Source of the DNA: a virus
IMG/VR virus record: IMGVR_UViG_3300049846_002100
Span: 1 to 64,000 of that record
Strand: one strand, 5' to 3'
DNA: 64,000 nt
Shown here: one piece after another, positions 31,820 through 40,440 of the stretch
Position numbering within the stretch: position 1 is the stretch's first letter
Layout of the letters: each line of letters opens with the position of its first letter
The notes under the pieces: model-generated
What the model saw: only the letters and a program-made list of their open reading frames with translations
Databases searched by the model: none
What the model was told of the DNA's origin: nothing
Translations under genes and position numbers: made by a program

Positions 31820-33073
31820 TCACGGCAATCGCGTAGGCGGTCTGTAGTACGGGTTCATCCCAACCTTCGGGGGCTGGTCGATGATCTTTCGAACCTCGTC
31901 CACGTTGACTCGTTCCGCACCACTGCCAGAGATGACGGGTACTTCAGCAGGGGCCGGCCGAGCCGCTTGCGTAGACCCCTCTAGGAGAGCCGCTGTTAGC
32001 GATGGGTCGACGCCCATCTCCATCGCTGCGTAGACTGCGCCCCGGCCGGTCTGTGGGACCGGCCCGTAGCCCGTAGGGGGCGGAGGCACGGGTGTGCCAG
32101 GCATCACTTGCCCGGGCATCACATGCACGGGGACGCCCGGTGGCATGTTTGGGCTCGCAATCGGGTATACCGGCGTGACTTGCTGTACCGGCTGCGGTGT
32201 GTACACCACCGGGGCCGGTAGAGGGACAGGCACGGGCTGCGGTTGAGCGTACTGCGGTGGCGTCGGAGGCGCGGGGGGCGGCGCATGGTAGACGGCTTGC
32301 GGGTGCTCGACCGGCTGAGGCACCGGAGCCGTTGCTGCGGCCGTCTGGTTCATGGGGACGCGCTCCCGCATCATCCGAGCCAGGTCGTATCCTTGGTTCG
32401 GCTGAACGGCAGCCTCGGAGGGCATACTCTGCGACTGAGTGCCTTGGGGCGGAGCACCCTCCGGCGGAGCACCTTCCGGGGCATCCCTACGATCGAGCGT
32501 CACCGACAGCTTGTGGTTGTAGCCGAACTCGGCGAGGGTGGTCTCGACAAGGGCGGGGGGAATCTCATCCTCCAACTCCCGGATCTCACCGAGAAGCCTT
32601 CGGAGCTTGTCCGCTGGGGCTTCCTCGGCCGTGGTGAAGGTGACTTTGTCTTTGGCCTGCTTTTCAGCGGCGCTGACTACGTCACCAAATTTTCGGTACG
32701 CGACGAAGATGGCTTCCTTCGACCATGAGTCGAGAACGTTTTTCCGTAGGAAGGCGTGAAGCTCTAGCTTCACCTTCCTCATCGACCCCTGATTCTTGGG
32801 GTCGGGTTGCTCGTCTTCGACGTACTGAGTGTCCCGGAGGTCACACCCATTCAACTCCACGATGGAGCGAGCGATGTGCGCCTTTTGAAAGGCGTTGAGG
32901 TATTCGAGGTTCTCTAGCTCGCGAAGCTCGTTGAGGACCGCCTCGTATTCGTCAGGCCGGAGATTGCGAAGGACGATGTCACAATCTCCGATCTGAAACC
33001 GCTCTTCGACGAGGCCAATGCTCTTTGCACGCGTGAGTGCTTCTCGAAGCGCCTTCGATGAAATAGTACCCAT
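31820..33073 (-). CDS. Putative tail assembly chaperone 1 with Pro/Gln-rich C-terminal region
   Basis: Directly downstream of the tube gene; IVLRNL..E, IARSIVELNG motifs. Confidence 0.6.
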   Translation of the reverse strand: MGTISSKALREALTRAKSIGLVEERFQIGDCDIVLRNLRPDEYEAVLNELRELENLEYLNAFQKAHIARSIVELNGCDLRDTQYVEDEQPDPKNQGSMRKVKLELHAFLRKNVLDSWSKEAIFVAYRKFGDVVSAAEKQAKDKVTFTTAEEAPADKLRRLLGEIRELEDEIPPALVETTLAEFGYNHKLSVTLDRRDAPEGAPPEGAPPQGTQSQSMPSEAAVQPNQGYDLARMMRERVPMNQTAAATAPVPQPVEHPQAVYHAPPPAPPTPPQYAQPQPVPVPLPAPVVYTPQPVQQVTPVYPIASPNMPPGVPVHVMPGQVMPGTPVPPPPTGYGPVPQTGRGAVYAAMEMGVDPSLTAALLEGSTQAARPAPAEVPVISGSGAERVNVDEVRKIIDQPPKVGMNPYYRPPTRLP

Positions 33074-33098
33074 TTGATTCCGTCTCCATCTGATGTTA

Positions 33099-33201
33099 GA
33101 CGGGAGGCGCGACGAGAGATGGGCCTACGGATGCTCTCCTCGTTGTTCCGAGGTCTCCTGCTGATCCGATCCCATTTCTTCTCTCGGACGCGCCTACCGT
33201 C
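33099..33201 (-). ncRNA. Putative structured RNA element (long nested hairpin) between tube and chaperone genes
   Basis: Five nested complementary segments (see findings). Confidence 0.55.
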
Positions 33202-33208
33202 AGTCGTC

Positions 33209-33919
33209 TTAGCCGCCGACGAGGCCGGTGTTGAGCGCCGCCGTACCACCGCCGAAGCGGATCGAGTACGTCTGGCCAGCGGAGCCACCGATGGGTGCGA
33301 GACCGGAGTCGATAAACTCGCCGTACTGCGACGTGCCATCGATGACATCAGTCACGACACACTGAGAGGTCTCCGCAACCATCGCCGAGTCCGACGCGTA
33401 GCTAACGGAGTAACTCGTGAACCAGCATCCCTCGTAGAACGTGAAGAGAGCCTTCACCGTCGTGATCGGGGAGCCAGGACCCTGTTGGACCGTGGCGTTC
33501 TTCGCACCCGGACCGTTGAGCCCCTCCTCACGCGAGGAGATTTCGCTCATGACGATCTCCTGTTTGATGTCGAAGGGCCAACGGTGGTGGCGGAGCGAAC
33601 GGACGAGGCCGTCGATGCCCCCCTTGTACCCTAGAACCTGAAACAGGTTCGCATGGTACAGAAGCGTCTTGTTGAGCGTGACCTGCATTGGCTCGGTCAC
33701 ACCCGGGACCAGCTCGGCGATCATGTCGCCATAACCAATCCCTCGGACCGGCTGGACATCACGGCTCTCGTCGTGCGAGAACTCCGAGATCGCTCCGATC
33801 TGCTGGATGGCAGCCGAACCCACGGCATAGCCAAACAATTTGTTCTTCTGCGACACCACCGCACGTGTATTGGGGGCGGTGCCCATTCGGTAGATGTATG
33901 TGCTGTTGGTGACAGGCAT
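33209..33919 (-). CDS. Tail tube protein (T4 gp19-like fold)
   Basis: IGAISEFS..ESR...VRGIG, PFDI, FYEGCWFTSYS; upstream of chaperones and TMP. Confidence 0.8.
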   Translation of the reverse strand: MPVTNSTYIYRMGTAPNTRAVVSQKNKLFGYAVGSAAIQQIGAISEFSHDESRDVQPVRGIGYGDMIAELVPGVTEPMQVTLNKTLLYHANLFQVLGYKGGIDGLVRSLRHHRWPFDIKQEIVMSEISSREEGLNGPGAKNATVQQGPGSPITTVKALFTFYEGCWFTSYSVSYASDSAMVAETSQCVVTDVIDGTSQYGEFIDSGLAPIGGSAGQTYSIRFGGGTAALNTGLVGG

Positions 33920-34616
33920 GGCTTTCCCTCACGACGTTGAGCGGAGCATCACGAAGAGCGCGGTTGTTCTTCCACGAGTTACAAGAGCGGCATGCAGGAA
34001 CGATGTTGTCGGCCGTGTGCTCCCCGCCCCGCGAGATAGGTTGCACATGATCCATCGTCAGCTTGCGAACCTGAAGGCAGTAGGCGCACCGATGACCAAA
34101 CACTTCGATGATTGAAAGCCACTCCTCGAACTTGAAGTCAGAGGCCGTGTAGCGTGCACGGCGCTCAGAGTAGAGCTTCCGAAGCGTATCTTGATTCTCC
34201 ACGTACCAGCGCTTGTAGTACGCGCGCATCTTCTCAGGGTGCGCTTGCATCCAAGCTTTGGTCCATGCGCGAGCCTTCGCTTTGTTGCCCTGACTCTTGT
34301 CCAACCATCGCTGAACGTACTCTGCACTCTTATGAGGATTCGCAGAACGCCACCTACGGCACGATGCGCTGTGCTTGTCCTTGTTGTTGTGGTAGTACGC
34401 TTTCGATCGCTCCCGTTGAGCCGGAAGCTCTTTCGCCCTCTGTAGAGCCAGCTTCTCCGGGTTTGCGTCACGCCAGCGTGCAACGCGATCGACGGCCGCC
34501 TTCCGCTTACAGGCGTCACAGGACTTGCGGCGAGGGCTCGACCCGACGGGCAGACCGCTACCGCAGGACGAACACGTCCTCGGGAGAATGGTTGCGGTGT
34601 CGAGCCCGGAGAGCAT
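33759..34616 (-). mobile_element. HNH homing endonuclease; reading frame overruns the tube gene start
   Basis: CAYC...LTMDHVQPISRGGEHTADNIVPACRSCNSWK. Confidence 0.85.
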
Positions 34617-34625
34617 GGTCAGTCC

Positions 34626-35444
34626 TCAGACGTTGGTGGGGAAGAGCGAGTGGATAGTGTCGGCTTGACGGGCAAGTTCGACGAGGTCGTTCCTCACCCA
34701 CGGCGCCGCCAGGTCGACGTTGGCGACGATTTCTGAGACCTTCGATGCGATCTTGTGTAGGTCGGTCTTGGCCTTTGCGGCGTTGAAACGCTTGCCCGCA
34801 GCAACCAGCCGGTCGATCTTCTCGTTCGTACCGTCCACGGTCGCGAGGATTGACTCCACCACATCGGCATTGGCCTTGAGGGACTCGTACGAGGCGGTCT
34901 TCTGACCTTGCTCCTCTTGGGCCTTGGCCTGCTCCTGCTCCTTCGGAGCCTGTTCGGCTTGCTGCGCAGGCTCATCCTGAGCTTGTTCGGCGGCCACAAC
35001 GACGTAGTCGGGGTCCTTCAGTGCCGCAACGAGGCTCTTCAAAGCGGCAAACGAGCCTTGAGATGCTACCTTGGTGCCCATCGCTGTGAGTTGCTTCTCA
35101 ACAGCGGCGAGCTTCTGCTCGAAGTTCTGCGTCTCGACACTAGCCATGGCTCTTCCTTCCGTCCTCAAAGGCGTCCGATTTTCGGAGGGGATAAGAGGAC
35201 TAGCGAGCACCTGCCGGCGTGGCGAAAGTACCTCACTAATCCGTGCCGGATCGGCACGGAAGCTCCCCTTCCCGAGCTTCAAATAGGCATCTATCGCGCG
35301 ACGAGCTTCACTCGTGCTCGACGCCAGCGACGCAACGAATTGGGCCACGGAGACGGTGCCGAGGGTGTAGCGCCACCCGCCGGGGACGTCGACAAAGTCC
35401 CGAAGGCCGTCTGTTCCGATCGTGACCAGCACCTTGGTCGCCAT
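34626..35444 (-). CDS. Hypothetical virion-associated protein; likely second in-frame start at 35147
   Basis: GC3-rich ORF; internal promoter-like motif and GGAAGGAAG RBS before Met100. Confidence 0.65.
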   Translation of the reverse strand: MATKVLVTIGTDGLRDFVDVPGGWRYTLGTVSVAQFVASLASSTSEARRAIDAYLKLGKGSFRADPARISEVLSPRRQVLASPLIPSENRTPLRTEGRAMASVETQNFEQKLAAVEKQLTAMGTKVASQGSFAALKSLVAALKDPDYVVVAAEQAQDEPAQQAEQAPKEQEQAKAQEEQGQKTASYESLKANADVVESILATVDGTNEKIDRLVAAGKRFNAAKAKTDLHKIASKVSEIVANVDLAAPWVRNDLVELARQADTIHSLFPTNV

Positions 35445-35477
35445 GTGTAAACACGGCGGCCATGAGTGGATTAGGGG

Positions 35478-36329
35478 CTACACTCGGACGAGGAGAGTCA
35501 CGAGATGCGATGGTAGGATGAGCGTCCCCGTCTCGGGTGAGCGCAACCACAAACCGTCCGTCGACCATTCCGGTAGTTCGCCCATCGCACGCTCCATGTC
35601 GTTCAGGATTCGTGCGGCGCTGACGAGGTCGAAGTCGACGTGCCCGCTCTTCTTGGACGCCAGCACATGTCGGCGGCTGTCCTTATCGGGGGAGAAGACG
35701 GTCCCACGGAGGTATCCGGCGCGATAGAGGTCCACCCAAGCGTCAAACAAAGGGCCTTCACTTTGCGCCACGACGAAGCCGTTCGTGCCCACTTCGATGA
35801 TCTTCGGTGCCGGGGTACCTCGACCCAGGTGAGGGAGGTTTCCGGTCAATACGTAGCTGTGGATCCAATCCATGGCCGTTTTGAGTCGTTCACCAGCCTC
35901 GCGTTTGCTGAGGCCCGATGGAAAGTGTGTCCGTAGACGGCGCAGGAAGCGATCTAGGTTCGGATCCAAGTGCCCTAGAAAGGCGTCGCCAAGGCGGTGC
36001 ACCATGTCGACGGACGCGTATAGCCCGGGAGCACTCGGGTGAGTGGCAATGTCCCTGTGCAGGAATAACGCCAGCGCGAAGAGAGTGTCGAAGTCTTGGA
36101 TCCGTCGTGTGCCGAACGCGATGGGCATCGGACGGCCGGAACAGAGATCCTCAAAGAAGCGCATGAGAGCGCCAGGGGATTCACGTTGGAAGCCTTCCCC
36201 ATGGTGCTCGTACACGTGAAGCGCGCGGTCACGTGTTTGCTCGACGGAAGCTCCCGTTTCGTACGTGATTGTGTCAGGTACGATCGTGGGGAGGTCTGGT
36301 TCGATGCGAATGCTGAAAGTGATTTCCAT
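35478..36329 (-). CDS. DHH-phosphoesterase-like protein (divergent)
   Basis: VYEHHG and IQDFDT motifs resemble DHH / DxD; start at ATG 36329. Confidence 0.4.
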   Translation of the reverse strand: MEITFSIRIEPDLPTIVPDTITYETGASVEQTRDRALHVYEHHGEGFQRESPGALMRFFEDLCSGRPMPIAFGTRRIQDFDTLFALALFLHRDIATHPSAPGLYASVDMVHRLGDAFLGHLDPNLDRFLRRLRTHFPSGLSKREAGERLKTAMDWIHSYVLTGNLPHLGRGTPAPKIIEVGTNGFVVAQSEGPLFDAWVDLYRAGYLRGTVFSPDKDSRRHVLASKKSGHVDFDLVSAARILNDMERAMGELPEWSTDGLWLRSPETGTLILPSHLVTLLVRV

Positions 36330-36337
36330 TCGAGGTG

Positions 36338-36364
36338 GCCCCACCCGAGAGTCTCGGGTGGGGC
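36338..36364. terminator. Perfect 13-bp inverted repeat downstream of HU
   Basis: GCCCCACCCGAGA-G-TCTCGGGTGGGGC; no clear U-tract. Confidence 0.55.
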
Positions 36365-36371
36365 TCCGGAA

Positions 36372-36677
36372 TCACTGCACTGCGTCCTTGAGGGCCTTGA
36401 TGGCAGATGCCTTGATCTTGTTCGACGCGGGCTTTGCAGCGATCGTGATCGGCTGCTTCGTGAACGGGTTGATTCCGTCGCGCGCCGGTCGGGCCGGCTT
36501 CTTCACCGTTCGCAGCTTGACGATCCCGGGGATCGTGAAAGTCGCCGCGTCGCTGACGAGCTGCTTGCGCGCCATCTCGGCAAGGTCGTCGAGGACCCCC
36601 TTCACTTGGTTCTTTGGAATCCCCTGCTTGTCGGCGATCTCGGCGATCAACTGGCTCTTCGTCAACGGCTTGCTCAT
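36372..36677 (-). CDS. HU-family DNA-binding protein
   Basis: LTKSQLIAEIA...FTIPGIVKL...PARDGINPFTKQPITIAAKP. Confidence 0.92.
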   Translation of the reverse strand: MSKPLTKSQLIAEIADKQGIPKNQVKGVLDDLAEMARKQLVSDAATFTIPGIVKLRTVKKPARPARDGINPFTKQPITIAAKPASNKIKASAIKALKDAVQ

Positions 36678-36791
36678 TTGCGTTTCCATCCCTTTTGCAT
36701 GGGGCTCCACGCATCATGGCGTGAGCCTACGGGGAAATACACCGCGCGCTCGTTGAGCCCATAAAACCACGGAAATGGCCGTCGAAAGGTT

Positions 36792-36797
36792 GGTGTA
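36792..36797 (+). promoter_or_regulatory. GGTGTA-N10-ATG putative leaderless promoter
   Basis: Same hexamer and spacing before several genes. Confidence 0.55.
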
Positions 36798-36807
36798 GGA
36801 GTACCTT

Positions 36808-37437
36808 ATGCCGTCCACCTCGCCCGCTGATTTGACCACCGACGCGTTTCTCCGAGGAGCCTGGCGCTACGACGAGGCGTTGTATGCGCAACTTCGACAG
36901 AGACTCGATGAGCCCCACCGTGCTTACCACAACGCGACGCACATCAGCGCGTGTCTCTTGATCTCACGCATGTACACCCCAGAGAGTGTCGACCGAGAAC
37001 CTCTTGAGTTGGCGATCTGGTACCACGATGCAGTCTACGACACCAAAGCTATGGACAATGAAGAGCGAAGCGCCGCTCTGTTCAAGGAACACTCTGAACA
37101 CATGGGCCTAACCTCCGAAGTGGTTCAGCTCGTTCATGCATGCATCCTTGCGACGAAGCACGGGGACCCTAGCAGTCATACCCATCCGGTTATCGACGCC
37201 ATGCTCGACGTGGACCTGTCGATCTTGGGTGCCGAACCCACGGTGTTCGACACCTATGATGCGGCGATCCGCCGCGAGTATTGGTGGGTGGTGGAGGACT
37301 TATACCGTTTCAATCGTAAGCGCATCCTGGAGAGCTTCCTGGCCAAGCAGCGGCTTTACCGCACCGACTCGTTTCACGAGCAGTTCGATGGACAAGCACG
37401 CCTCAACCTGAAGAGGGCAATCGATCGGCTGGTGTAG
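36808..37437 (+). CDS. HD-superfamily metal-dependent phosphohydrolase (COG4339-like)
   Basis: RAYHNATHI, AIWYHDAVYD, NEERSA, LDVDLSILG. Confidence 0.88.
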   Translation: MPSTSPADLTTDAFLRGAWRYDEALYAQLRQRLDEPHRAYHNATHISACLLISRMYTPESVDREPLELAIWYHDAVYDTKAMDNEERSAALFKEHSEHMGLTSEVVQLVHACILATKHGDPSSHTHPVIDAMLDVDLSILGAEPTVFDTYDAAIRREYWWVVEDLYRFNRKRILESFLAKQRLYRTDSFHEQFDGQARLNLKRAIDRLV

Positions 37438-37446
37438 AACCACCCC

Positions 37447-38226
37447 ATGGATCTCCACGCGATCGCTCGACTCGTCCTTCAGGAACACCCCGAACTCGTC
37501 CGGCTGCACGGCGCAGGAAAGACTGTTCTCGGCCGCATGGTCGGCCTGATGGTGGAGAAGGCGCCACGAGGGACAGCCGTGGACGAGATCAAGCTCGTGG
37601 CAATTGAAGCCCTTCTCACGCACGGGCAGAACCGCCTCGTGCTCCCGGCTGAAGCACCTCTGGTCCGGAACACAGAAGCGCCAAAGACCGAGCTGACGGT
37701 TCTCTCGATGGATCAACCATCGAAGCGAATGAACGCCGGATGGAAGCTCTTTGAGCAACTTCCATCCGACGCAGAAGGGCCCGAAGGCAAGCTCAACCTA
37801 TCTCGATGGGGTGAGACGGACCTCGCGGACAGGTATTGGACGCACCACGCACGGCCGTACGTTCAAGAGGGGGAAACGGACGAGGAGAAGAGATGCGGGT
37901 GGATGACCATCCCCGTGTTGGAATTCTTGAAGGGGCGTCCGTGGAACAACGCCGCTCTGAACCTCGTGAGAGCGCTGCGCCCTTCTTGTATTCGAGTCAC
38001 CACGGGCCCAATCAAGACAGACGCCTGCTCCTGGCGAGTCACAGTCACCGTTGACGAGAGGGACAAGCGGACGATCAAGGACATCGAGCAAGAAGTCGAA
38101 GTGGGGATCGTGGGATGCCGCTTCGGAGCTGACGTGGCCGACTACATCGAAGGGCGGACGCCTCCTAGCAAAGTAGGTGGGATCGTCAACCCTCGTGGAT
38201 TGAAGAAACTCGCCACAAGCACCTGA
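37447..38226 (+). CDS. Hypothetical protein; C-terminal part weakly resembles potato-I/I78 inhibitor fold
   Basis: GGTGTA-N10-ATG start; IRVTTGPIKTD..WRVTVTVD. Confidence 0.55.
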   Translation: MDLHAIARLVLQEHPELVRLHGAGKTVLGRMVGLMVEKAPRGTAVDEIKLVAIEALLTHGQNRLVLPAEAPLVRNTEAPKTELTVLSMDQPSKRMNAGWKLFEQLPSDAEGPEGKLNLSRWGETDLADRYWTHHARPYVQEGETDEEKRCGWMTIPVLEFLKGRPWNNAALNLVRALRPSCIRVTTGPIKTDACSWRVTVTVDERDKRTIKDIEQEVEVGIVGCRFGADVADYIEGRTPPSKVGGIVNPRGLKKLATST

Positions 38227-38247
38227 AGATCGGTGTACGGAAGGGCT

Positions 38248-39408
38248 ATGCAAGTCGTCTACGCCCGCGAGCCCTTCCCGGGCCAAGTAACCAAGTCGAT
38301 CTTCCTGGCGGGCCCCACGCCCCGAGCGGTGGGTGTGCAAAGCTGGCGACCAGAGGCGCTCGCGACCCTGAAAGCTCTTGGGTACGACGGGCACGTGTTC
38401 GTCCCGGAGGATCGTGGAGGGAGGGTGAAGTTCGACTATGACGACCAAGTCGACTGGGAGGAAGATGGGCTTCAACGGGCGGACTGCATCGTCTTCTGGG
38501 TGCCGCGCGAGATGCAGACTATGCCGGCCCTCACCACAAACGATGAGTGGGGTGCATGGAAAGCCAGTGGTAAGGTGGTCTTTGGTGCCCCTCCCGAAGC
38601 CTACAAGGTCAAGTACCAGAGGCACTACGCGAGCAAACTCGGAGTCCCACAGAGCGAGACCCTAGAAGGTACCCTGAAGGCTGCGATCGAGAAGGTGGGC
38701 AACGGGGCGGCCCGTGAAGGCGGAGCCTGTCAGGTTCCGCTTCACGTATGGGCTCGACCGGACTTTCAGAATTGGCTCCAGACGCAGCAAAGCGCAGGCA
38801 ACCGTCTTGATGGGGCCCGCGTGGAATGGTCCTTCTTCGTCGGACCCCGACGACAGAAATGCTTCTTCCTCGCCCTACATGTCAATGTTCACGTCACGTC
38901 GGAACAAAGGAACAAGACGAACGAGATCGTTCTGTTTCGCCCCCACGTATCTTCTGTTCTTCTCTACCACCGCCGAGGACCGAAGCTCGAAGACACGGAG
39001 ATCGTCTTCGTCCGGGAGTTCAGATCACCGGCCAATACTTGGTCGGGTATGGTGCATGAACTTCCGGGAGGGTCCTCGCCGGACTCGACCAAGGATGCTC
39101 GGGCCACGGCAGCGGAGGAGCTTGAAGAGGAGACCGGTTTTCACCTCGATCCTGCCCGACTCGTGCAACACCACACTCGTCAGGTAGCCGCGACACTGTC
39201 CTCGTACAAGTCCACTCTCTTCGTGGCCGAGCTGTCCACCGACGAGATGCTTCAGATGAAGGCTCGTTCCGGGCAAGCCTTCGGGCTGCAAAGCGACTCC
39301 GAACGAACGTACGTCGAGGTCTCTACACTCGGCTCCGTCCTCACGGCCAACCTCGTCGATTGGGCCACGCTTGGCCTCATATTTCAGGCTCTCGGTCCCA
39401 CCGGATGA
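38248..39408 (+). CDS. Nucleoside 2-deoxyribosyltransferase-like domain fused to NUDIX hydrolase
   Basis: SIFLAGPTPR...SWR...QVDWE...ADCIVFWVPR...TTNDEWG; NUDIX box ELPGG...ATAAEELEEETG. Confidence 0.85.
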   Translation: MQVVYAREPFPGQVTKSIFLAGPTPRAVGVQSWRPEALATLKALGYDGHVFVPEDRGGRVKFDYDDQVDWEEDGLQRADCIVFWVPREMQTMPALTTNDEWGAWKASGKVVFGAPPEAYKVKYQRHYASKLGVPQSETLEGTLKAAIEKVGNGAAREGGACQVPLHVWARPDFQNWLQTQQSAGNRLDGARVEWSFFVGPRRQKCFFLALHVNVHVTSEQRNKTNEIVLFRPHVSSVLLYHRRGPKLEDTEIVFVREFRSPANTWSGMVHELPGGSSPDSTKDARATAAEELEEETGFHLDPARLVQHHTRQVAATLSSYKSTLFVAELSTDEMLQMKARSGQAFGLQSDSERTYVEVSTLGSVLTANLVDWATLGLIFQALGPTG

Positions 39409-39471
39409 GTAGGTGGGTATAACTGGCACATCTGGATGCGGTAATACGTCACGCAAGGTCTTTCGAGATCA

Positions 39472-39675
39472 CCGAAAATTATTGGGATTTCAGCGGGGCC
39501 GCGAAGGTCAGGGGAGGATCACCCCAATGCCAAGCTTTCAGCGGATGATGTTCGTACCATTAGAAGAGTGTACGGACAACCGGGGGTGACCTGCAAGAGC
39601 CTTGGGAAACAGTTCAGAGTCGATCCTAGTGTGGTACACGCGATTGTGACCAGGAAGATGTGGAGGTTTGCGTGA
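39472..39675 (+). pseudogene. Relic of a homing endonuclease (C-terminal DNA-binding HTH only)
   Basis: Hand translation: PKIIGISAGPRRSGEDHPNAKLSADDVRTIRR...KSLGKQFRVDPSVVHAIVTRKMWRFA*. GE.HPNAKL...W is typical of HNH C-termini. No start codon. Confidence 0.75.
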
Positions 39676-40439
39676 AACTATTGGGAATTTCGGGCTTAGC
39701 GGCTGCGGGAAAAGACACAACGTCTGACATCTTGGTCAGAGACCACGGGTGGGTGCGCGTCGCCCTGGCAGACCCTTTGAAACGAATTGCGAAGGACGTA
39801 TACGACTTCACCGACGAGCAACTGTGGGGTCCCTCTTCGGCGCGCAACGCTCCGGATCGCCGATACCCGAAGACCGAGCGGGCAAAAGCTTTCGCAAAGG
39901 AGACCACGGCCCTTCTGGACTCCGTTTGGAGGGAGGTGCTCATGAAGGAGTTTGGTGAGGAAGCGGCGAAGCACTTTCTCACCCCTCGGGAGTTCCTTCA
40001 GAAGCTCGGCACGGAGTGCGGCCGCGAGTGCTACGACAACACCTGGATCGACAAGACCATTCGCACGGCCGACGCTCTCCTCGGAGAGGCCGGGCCCGAT
40101 CTACGATACACGGCTCAACGTGGGTTGTATGAGCTTGGGCGGGCCCTCTCCTTCTCCGAAGAGGAGCAACGGGAAGCCGCAAGGGTGAAGGGTGTTGCAG
40201 TCCCGGATGTCCGGTTCAAGAACGAGATGGCCGCGATCCGCGATGCGGGGGGTCTGCTCATTCGTGTGAAGCGTACTGCCGCAACCAACACCGCATGGTT
40301 CTCGGTACATGCGAGTGAGAGAGAGCAGCTCGATGTACCGGACAGCTACTTCGACTATGTCGCACAAAACGACGGACCCCTTGAGGATCTGCCTCAAAGG
40401 GTCGCCGAGATGATGACTGTGCTTCGTTCTCGTCTGTAA
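39672..40439 (+). CDS. Deoxynucleoside monophosphate kinase
   Basis: GISGLAAAGKD P-loop, ADPLKR, REFLQKLGTE, DVRFKNE, HASE; GGAGG RBS before GTG. Confidence 0.9.
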   Translation: MKLLGISGLAAAGKDTTSDILVRDHGWVRVALADPLKRIAKDVYDFTDEQLWGPSSARNAPDRRYPKTERAKAFAKETTALLDSVWREVLMKEFGEEAAKHFLTPREFLQKLGTECGRECYDNTWIDKTIRTADALLGEAGPDLRYTAQRGLYELGRALSFSEEEQREAARVKGVAVPDVRFKNEMAAIRDAGGLLIRVKRTAATNTAWFSVHASEREQLDVPDSYFDYVAQNDGPLEDLPQRVAEMMTVLRSRL

Positions 40440-40440
40440 T

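Noticed and set aside
30533-33073. Programmed frameshift joining the tail chaperones
   Set aside because: They are two separate ORFs with their own starts, and no slippery heptamer was seen near the junction.
614-33919. Bacterial eCIS, T6SS or tailocin locus
   Set aside because: Dense HEGs, dNMP kinase, ThyX, phage-style promoter motifs and the absence of cellular housekeeping operons favour a large phage.
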